The notes under the pieces are model-generated. The model worked only from the letters and a program-made list of their open reading frames with translations. It did no database searches and was not told the DNA's origin. DNA of 64,000 nucleotides from an uncultured delta proteobacterium. Its GTDB lineage: Bacteria; Desulfobacterota; Binatia; UBA9968. Position numbers and translations under genes: made by a program. Location: the NCBI GenBank assembly GCA_963771465.1, contig CAVYTU010000004.1, forward strand, positions 11,618-75,617, written 5' to 3'. Below, one piece after another: positions 58,304 through 64,000 of this stretch. Positions within the stretch are counted from its first letter, which is position 1; every line of letters begins with the position of its first letter.

Positions 58304-59586
58304 TAATTTGCCTTCCTCGCCACCAGTTCCGCTTCAATACTGTTTAAATCGATGTCCCGCTGCTGTTTGCTCGCCATATCCCGCAGCGCTGCCGTGCCTT
58401 TGGTCAATTCATTGTCGCCGACGATCAGAACTGCGGCCGCTTTGAGTTTGTCGGCGCGGCGCATCTGGCTTTTCATGCTGCGTGACTCACCTTCCATTTC
58501 AACCGTCACGCCGGCGCGGCGCAAGCGATGGACAACGGGAAATGCCCAGTCGCGCGCCTTGTCCCCGAGCCAGACGATGAACAGTGACGGTCCGGTGACC
58601 GCGGCGCTCTCCTGCAAGCGCAAAAGCATGGTCAAGCGCTCCACGCCCATGGCAAAGCCAACGCCGGCTATCGCCGGGCCACCGAGCTGTTCGACCAGGC
58701 CGTCGTAACGGCCGCCGGCCGCCACCGCGCTTTGAGAGCCCAATAATGCGGTGGTCCACTCGAACGTCGTGCGGCAATAATAATCCAGTCCGCGCACCAT
58801 GCGTGGATTGAGCGCGAAGCCGACGTTGGTTTCACTTAACAAGCGCTGCACGGTGGCAAAATGATCGCGGCAGGCCGAGCACAGCGAGTCGAGTATCGAC
58901 GGCGCGTCTTTAGTCGTCTCAATACAGCCCGGCTCCTTGCAATCTAAAGCGCGCAACGGATTGCGATCGATGCGCCGGCGGCAATTGGCGCACAACGACT
59001 GTTCGTGTTCTTTCAAAAACGCCAGTAGTTTTTGCCGATATTGCGGCCGGCAGTCCGAGCAGCCGAGGGAATTGAGTTGTAACGACGGCTCGGTCAATCC
59101 CAGCGCGGCGAAAAAATCATGGAGCAAAAGCAATATTTCCGCGTCGATCCATGGATCGCTGCGTCCCAATGCTTCGGCGCCGATCTGATGGAACTGACGC
59201 ATGCGGCCCTTTTGCGGCCGCTCGCGGCGAAACATCGGCCCCATGTAATAGAGCTTGCGCACCGGCTCGACTTTAAACATTTCCGCTTCGACGTAGGCGC
59301 GCACCACGCCGGCTGTGCCTTCGGGTCGAAGCGTTAGTTTGCTGCTCTCGCCGGCTTCCCCGGCGCGGACATCGCGGTCCTCGAAGGTGTACATTTCCTT
59401 CTCGACAATATCGGTGGTCTCGCCGATGGAGCGGCTGAACAGCTCGGTTTTCTCGACGATCGGAATGCGAATTTCGGCGAAGTTATACAAGTCGAAAACC
59501 CGGCGCGCTTTGGTTTCCACCAGCTGCCAGGATTCGACTTCGCCCGGAAGGATATCGGCGAAACCTTTGATGCTCGTAATCTTCAT
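58303..59586 (-). CDS. hisS: Histidine--tRNA ligase
   Basis: LRPEGTA, FRRERPQKGR, VRGLDYY, GGRYDGL, GFAMGVER. Confidence 0.97.
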   Translation of the reverse strand: MKITSIKGFADILPGEVESWQLVETKARRVFDLYNFAEIRIPIVEKTELFSRSIGETTDIVEKEMYTFEDRDVRAGEAGESSKLTLRPEGTAGVVRAYVEAEMFKVEPVRKLYYMGPMFRRERPQKGRMRQFHQIGAEALGRSDPWIDAEILLLLHDFFAALGLTEPSLQLNSLGCSDCRPQYRQKLLAFLKEHEQSLCANCRRRIDRNPLRALDCKEPGCIETTKDAPSILDSLCSACRDHFATVQRLLSETNVGFALNPRMVRGLDYYCRTTFEWTTALLGSQSAVAAGGRYDGLVEQLGGPAIAGVGFAMGVERLTMLLRLQESAAVTGPSLFIVWLGDKARDWAFPVVHRLRRAGVTVEMEGESRSMKSQMRRADKLKAAAVLIVGDNELTKGTAALRDMASKQQRDIDLNSIEAELVARKAN

Positions 59587-59672
59587 CGGTTAAATTAAAA
59601 ACGTCCCAACAAGACACCATAAGAGCTTTGAGAGTTCAAGTTAGCGCCGCACTCACCTGGCAGAAATTGACG

Positions 59673-60392
59673 CTAGCGAGCGTTGTAACGGTACAATCGG
59701 CTGCGCCGGGTCGTGCCGTAAAGCTCAGAGAACAAAAAGCCGCGGAAGGTCATGAAGTAAGCCAGACCGAGCCCCAAGAAAAGCGCATAGAGAAATAGCT
59801 CTAAATAGAGCGGCAGGCCGAAGATCAACGACCCTAATAAGTCGAGAAAAAAGTATCCGGCAACGGCGAACAAGATATTGGGAATCAGCCACTCAAGCCA
59901 ATTTTCGACGATGAAGTTGTAGCTCGCGCCGATTAGCTCAAGCCCAGACGTACGGCTTTGATAAATCAGCTCGGGCACCGCGTTGAGAAGGATATAGAGG
60001 CCCAGCCGCAGCAGGAAATAAATTAACGCGCCGTTGGCAACCGACTCCAAACCCATCGCCGCCACACGCATGGGAATCCCGACGATGAACAAAATCGTAA
60101 TCACATCCCAAATATAAACCGTAAACCCGTTAAGAAAATCGTTGAAATTCGCCTTGCCGCTATCGACCAGATTTTTTATCAAATACAGACCCGAACTGGC
60201 GCAGGCGGCGCTTACCAACGAATAGATAAATCCGCCGATAATCCCCAATGGCGCGACCACACTGCCGACGACGGCCAAAATAATCCCGAAGACCACCGGC
60301 GCGAGACTCACCACCCAATTCTTGCGCACGGCCTGCCAAGATCGCTCTAAAGCCGTCGCGTACATCCACAGAGTCACCTGGAGAATTTTCAT
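59673..60392 (-). CDS. Hypothetical polytopic membrane protein
   Basis: 239-aa ORF with about 5-6 hydrophobic segments. NAVPELIYQ and FIVENWLEW..PN look like conserved motifs. Confidence 0.8.
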   Translation of the reverse strand: MKILQVTLWMYATALERSWQAVRKNWVVSLAPVVFGIILAVVGSVVAPLGIIGGFIYSLVSAACASSGLYLIKNLVDSGKANFNDFLNGFTVYIWDVITILFIVGIPMRVAAMGLESVANGALIYFLLRLGLYILLNAVPELIYQSRTSGLELIGASYNFIVENWLEWLIPNILFAVAGYFFLDLLGSLIFGLPLYLELFLYALFLGLGLAYFMTFRGFLFSELYGTTRRSRLYRYNAR

Positions 60393-60571
60393 GTTGCTGG
60401 TTATAGCAGAAAAACGCCGAGGATGCCGTGATTAGGTTTCCCAAGGCCGCCGCTATCAGTTCGGTCGGGCGACTGCTCGTTAGCGAGAGCGATTTAACGT
60501 AATTGCGTGCAGCGGGATTAATAGTAAACGAAGCGACTTGAGTCAGCGCTTGGGCGGACGGACGGTAACAC

Positions 60572-60859
60572 TCAGCAGGAATAGATTTGCACGTCGTTGT
60601 CTTCGATGCGTCGGCCGCGGGTGATCAATCGGACGATACTGCAAACATTGCGGCTGACGTCGCTGATCTCAGCAGCGGGAAAACCATCTTTAAGATAACG
60701 GCCGATCAATTTCGCTTCGCCTAAATCGATCACCTGTAGATAATCTTTGCTATTGCCGTCGAAGTATTGCTTCATTCCCGGCGCCGGGCTGTCGAGATCG
60801 TCTTGCAGCGCCTTATTGATCTTGATGCCGACAAAGAGCCGCTTCATCACCTCTTCCAT
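60572..60859 (-). CDS. Small hypothetical protein
   Basis: 95-aa ORF with AAGGAG ribosome-binding site and protein-like composition. Confidence 0.7.
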   Translation of the reverse strand: MEEVMKRLFVGIKINKALQDDLDSPAPGMKQYFDGNSKDYLQVIDLGEAKLIGRYLKDGFPAAEISDVSRNVCSIVRLITRGRRIEDNDVQIYSC

Positions 60860-60976
60860 AAGTTTCTCCTTGGTTATCGAATATCACGGCAAAGGCGAAA
60901 CAGCCACCGCGCGACGAACTTTTCCTTTACGTACTCCGCGTTCTTTACGGTTAATGTAAATTCTTTTTCCGACAGA

Positions 60977-62299
60977 TTACGCGAAGACTAACTTGCCGTC
61001 CTTATCACGTATCAGTCCCCGGCCATCGCGCGACGACGGCATGTTCTGCGGACCGATTTTGAGTTCATTGACATTTACATGGCCATGAAAGGTGTCGACG
61101 TCGACCATCGCCTTCGCTTGGCGCGCGGCGCCTTTCGGCGCTCTGCCTTCGGCGACATCCGCCATCGCCTTATGCCAAATACGCCGGAGCATGACCACAC
61201 CGCGATCGGAAGTCGCGAGATGTTCGAGCCGGCGCTCGGGTATTTCCCCTTGGGACTCCTGCAAGACCAGATCTTCCAACGCCGGCACGCCTTCCCAACC
61301 CGAATAGCGCCGTTTGTCGTGGGGCCGTCGCTCCGCGCTGCCGCGCAGACCGGGCGGAAGCCCGAAGACGAAGGTGCCGGGGAAATTGCCTTGGCGAAAC
61401 AGGTTGTAACGAAACAATTCGAAATGGGTGTCGTCGATGATGCGGATCATGCCGCCGCCTTCTTGCCGCTCATCGGTGAAATCCGGCGGAAAGCCCGAGC
61501 GCACGCCGGAAAAGCGCCAGTGGATCGGCATCGCCACCGACCACGTGTTGACGAACTTCACGTTTGGGTCGCCGGTATCGAGAACTGAAACGGTCTTCAT
61601 GCCATATTCGGTCTCCACATGCTCTAGCGGCAAGGGCGTCCAGTTTTTGATGCTGTGATCGCTAAACGGTTTTAACTCCTCCGGCAGTTCGCGCACCAAC
61701 AGGCCGTGCAAGATCACCGCGTGACCCATGTCAGCGAAGTTTTCCATCCAGTTAAGATAGTTGTAATTGCGCACGTCACCGTCGACGATGCGCGCTTCGC
61801 CGTCGCTGCGCGCCAGCACATCGATCTTGGCTAGCGGCGGCGGACTTTCCTTCTCCGGCCCCATGTACGTCCACACGACGCCGCCCCACTCTTCGACGGG
61901 ATACCAGAGATGGCGAATCTTGTTTTTCAAATCGCTGTCGCGCGGCTCGATGGGCGTGTCGATGCAGTGCCCTTGGATATCGTAGCGCCAGCCGTGATAG
62001 GAGCACATCAGACCGTCTTCGCGCACCTGGCCATATTCTAATGACGCCAGCCGATGCGGGCAGTGTTTGCCCAACAATCCCGCTCGTCCTTTGCCATCAC
62101 GGAAAACGACCAAGTCCTCGCTCAGCATCCTCACCGCGATGGGAATGTCCTTGAGGCTCTCGGACAAACAGACCGGATGCCAATAGCGCCTGAGCATCTC
62201 ACCGCCTTTGGTTCCCGGCCCGGTGCGCGGCAGATCGTCGAGCAATTGTTGATAGGAACTCGGCGCCGGGTTGCCGCTTTGGGTTTTGCCGTCCGTCAT
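60977..62299 (-). CDS. Rieske non-heme iron oxygenase (phthalate 4,5-dioxygenase-like)
   Basis: LRRYWHPV, CPHR..CSYHGW (Rieske cluster), ENFADMGH..LH and ED...QESQG (mononuclear iron), EHLATSDRGV..LR. Confidence 0.9.
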   Translation of the reverse strand: MTDGKTQSGNPAPSSYQQLLDDLPRTGPGTKGGEMLRRYWHPVCLSESLKDIPIAVRMLSEDLVVFRDGKGRAGLLGKHCPHRLASLEYGQVREDGLMCSYHGWRYDIQGHCIDTPIEPRDSDLKNKIRHLWYPVEEWGGVVWTYMGPEKESPPPLAKIDVLARSDGEARIVDGDVRNYNYLNWMENFADMGHAVILHGLLVRELPEELKPFSDHSIKNWTPLPLEHVETEYGMKTVSVLDTGDPNVKFVNTWSVAMPIHWRFSGVRSGFPPDFTDERQEGGGMIRIIDDTHFELFRYNLFRQGNFPGTFVFGLPPGLRGSAERRPHDKRRYSGWEGVPALEDLVLQESQGEIPERRLEHLATSDRGVVMLRRIWHKAMADVAEGRAPKGAARQAKAMVDVDTFHGHVNVNELKIGPQNMPSSRDGRGLIRDKDGKLVFA

Positions 62300-62451
62300 T
62301 TTTCAGCCTCCAACTCGCTTGCGCGCTGACAAAGCGCGTTAAGAATCATCTATAAACGGCGTGCGTTTGCTGTCAACAAGCGGCTGAATGTATAACGTTT
62401 AAACCGAGCCGCTCAAGCGCTCGCCCAGCGGCACGAAGGGAAACCGCGACG

Positions 62452-63462
62452 ATGGCTAAATCAACCTTGTGGAAACTTACACTGCTGACCTTGCTCTGCG
62501 CATCAAAAGTCGACGCCGGACCGACCGCCGATGCCTCTATCAAAAAGGGCTTCATTCGATGCGGTGTAAACACCGGCCTGGCGGGATTTTCTCAGCCCGA
62601 TAGCAACGGTGAATGGCGCGGCATCGATGCCGACCTTTGCCGCGCGGTAGCGGCTGCGCTGTTCGGCGATATTAAAAAACTTCGCTACACGCCGTTGACT
62701 GCGCAACAGCGCTTCACCGCACTGCAATCGGGAGAAGTGGACATTCTTTCGCGCAACACCACCTGGACGTTCACGCGCGACGCGAGTCTCGGCCTGAGTT
62801 TTGTCGGCATCAATTATTTTGACGGCCAGGGATTCATGGTCACCAAAAAACGGGGCGTGAAAAGCGCCAAGCAACTGGACGGCGCCGCGATCTGCGTCCA
62901 ACCCGGCACCACCACCGAGCTCAATCTGGCTGACTACTTTCGCGCCAACGGCATTAAATTTAAACCGGTGGTGATCGAAAAATTCGAAGAGGTGCTCAAT
63001 GCGTATTTTGCCGGGCGCTGCGATGTTTTCACCACCGACGTGTCGGGACTGGTTGCGGCACGCGCTTCGCGGGCGGCCAATGCCAATGACCACGTCATTC
63101 TTCCCGAGGTGATTTCCAAAGAACCGTTTGGCCCCGCGGTGCGCCATGGCGACGATCAATGGTCTGACATCGTCAAATGGTCGCTCTATGCGATGATCGA
63201 AGGTGAAGAGCTCGGGCTGACGTCGAAGAATATCGAACAGCAAGTGAAGAGCGCCAATCCGATCATCCAACGCTTCGTCGGCGCCAAGGGCGAGTTCGGC
63301 AAAATGCTCGGTCTGGACAATCGCTGGGCCTACAACATCATCAAACAAGTGGGTAACTACGGCGAGAGTTTTGACCGCAACTTAACGCCGTTGGGTCTCG
63401 ATCGCGGCCTCAATAAGCTCTGGAATAAAGGCGGCCTGCTGTACGCGCCGCCGTTGCGCTGA
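62452..63462 (+). CDS. aapJ: General L-amino acid ABC transporter substrate-binding protein (AapJ/BztA)
   Basis: CGVNTGLAGFS, RFTALQSGEVDILSRNTTWT..RD, YFDGQGF, ISKEP, VGNYGE, YAPPLR. Confidence 0.92.
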   Translation: MAKSTLWKLTLLTLLCASKVDAGPTADASIKKGFIRCGVNTGLAGFSQPDSNGEWRGIDADLCRAVAAALFGDIKKLRYTPLTAQQRFTALQSGEVDILSRNTTWTFTRDASLGLSFVGINYFDGQGFMVTKKRGVKSAKQLDGAAICVQPGTTTELNLADYFRANGIKFKPVVIEKFEEVLNAYFAGRCDVFTTDVSGLVAARASRAANANDHVILPEVISKEPFGPAVRHGDDQWSDIVKWSLYAMIEGEELGLTSKNIEQQVKSANPIIQRFVGAKGEFGKMLGLDNRWAYNIIKQVGNYGESFDRNLTPLGLDRGLNKLWNKGGLLYAPPLR

Positions 63463-63490
63463 AACGAGCGCCACCAACGTTTGCAAGTCG

Positions 63491-64000
63491 ATGGCCGCCA
63501 GTACTTCCGGTAAATCTTCGGCGCTCTTTCAGCCGCGCCATCGAGCGATTCTCTATCAGGCCCTGTTAGCTGCGCTGGTTTGCCTCGCCGCGTGGTATTT
63601 TATTGCCAACGCGGTGGATAATTTGCTCGCCCGCGGCATCGCCAGCGGTTTTGGCTTTCTCAATCGTGAATCCGGCTTTGAAATCGGCGAAAGCACTTTT
63701 CTAATCTACAACGCCGGCGACACCTATTTGAAAGCGCTGGCGGTCGGCTTGCTCAATACCTGCCGCGTCGCTGCGCTGGCAATTTTCTTTTCCACGATCA
63801 TCGGCTTGCTCATCGGCTTGGCTCGGTTATCGCCCAATTGGCTCTTGACGAAAATCGCCACCGCCTACGTCGAAACTCTCCGCAACGTGCCGTTGGTCGT
63901 GCAACTGTTTTTCTGGTACGCCGTGATTACCGAGAGCCTGCCCGCGCCCGGGAACGCGCTCAATCCGATACCAGGCGTATTTCTCAGCAATCGCGGTTTG
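63491..64000 (+). CDS. aapQ: Amino acid ABC transporter permease (AapQ/BztB), runs off the window
   Basis: Not in the ORF track. Manual translation from ATG 63491 gives ..RGIASGFGFLNRESGFEIGES..VGLLNT..ARLSPNW..YVETLRNVPLVVQLFFWY..FLSNRG. Confidence 0.9.
   Translation, partial: MAASTSGKSSALFQPRHRAILYQALLAALVCLAAWYFIANAVDNLLARGIASGFGFLNRESGFEIGESTFLIYNAGDTYLKALAVGLLNTCRVAALAIFFSTIIGLLIGLARLSPNWLLTKIATAYVETLRNVPLVVQLFFWYAVITESLPAPGNALNPIPGVFLSNRGL

Noticed and set aside
62503-63348. 281-aa antisense ORF inside aapJ, and similar long shadow ORFs (for example 44357-45181, 10879-11625, 31809-32546, 1932-2600)
   Set aside because: They lie antisense to well-supported genes in GC-rich DNA, show no motifs, and are expected from codon bias.
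1-64000. tRNA, rRNA, CRISPR arrays, IS elements, prophage or defence genes
   Set aside because: None recognised by eye in any intergenic region or ORF. A tRNAscan or Rfam run would be needed to exclude small RNAs formally.

Overview
This is a GC-rich bacterial chromosomal window made up mostly of housekeeping genes. The gene content (lpxI, cofH, orphan UbiD and Rieske genes) would fit a deltaproteobacteria-like or Binatia-like diderm, but that placement is inference. In order: (1) pheA-hisC-tyrA-aroA-cmk operon on the minus strand; (2) RluA-family pseudouridine synthase, an orphan ABC ATPase and an orphan UbiD decarboxylase; (3) rfaE2-rpmB; (4) a roughly 42 kb minus-strand run, read in transcription order as Rrf2-sufC-sufD-sufS-sufU-sufT-DUF59-truncated globin, metF, lysS, lolC/E-lolD, bamA-skp-lpxD-fabZ-lpxA-lpxI-(GnnA-like)-lpxB-msbA-waaA-lpxK, an LPS core and glycosylation cluster with three kinases and three decayed genes (gmhB and two methyltransferases), then rfaE1-yicC-gmk-rel; (5) a lone receiver-domain protein, def, cofH, unknown membrane and lipoproteins, hisS-aspS, a Rieske oxygenase and the start of an AapJQ-type amino-acid ABC transporter. 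I saw no tRNA, rRNA, CRISPR array or mobile element. The most notable observations are a SUF operon with no sufB and no room for it that ends in a truncated haemoglobin lacking TyrB10 and GlnE11, a destroyed gmhB beside intact heptose genes, a GnnA-like gene without gnnB, and a perfect 18-bp palindrome inside the predicted bamA-lpx promoter. All calls come from reading motifs by eye, with no database searches. Many start codons were moved from the longest-ORF positions.
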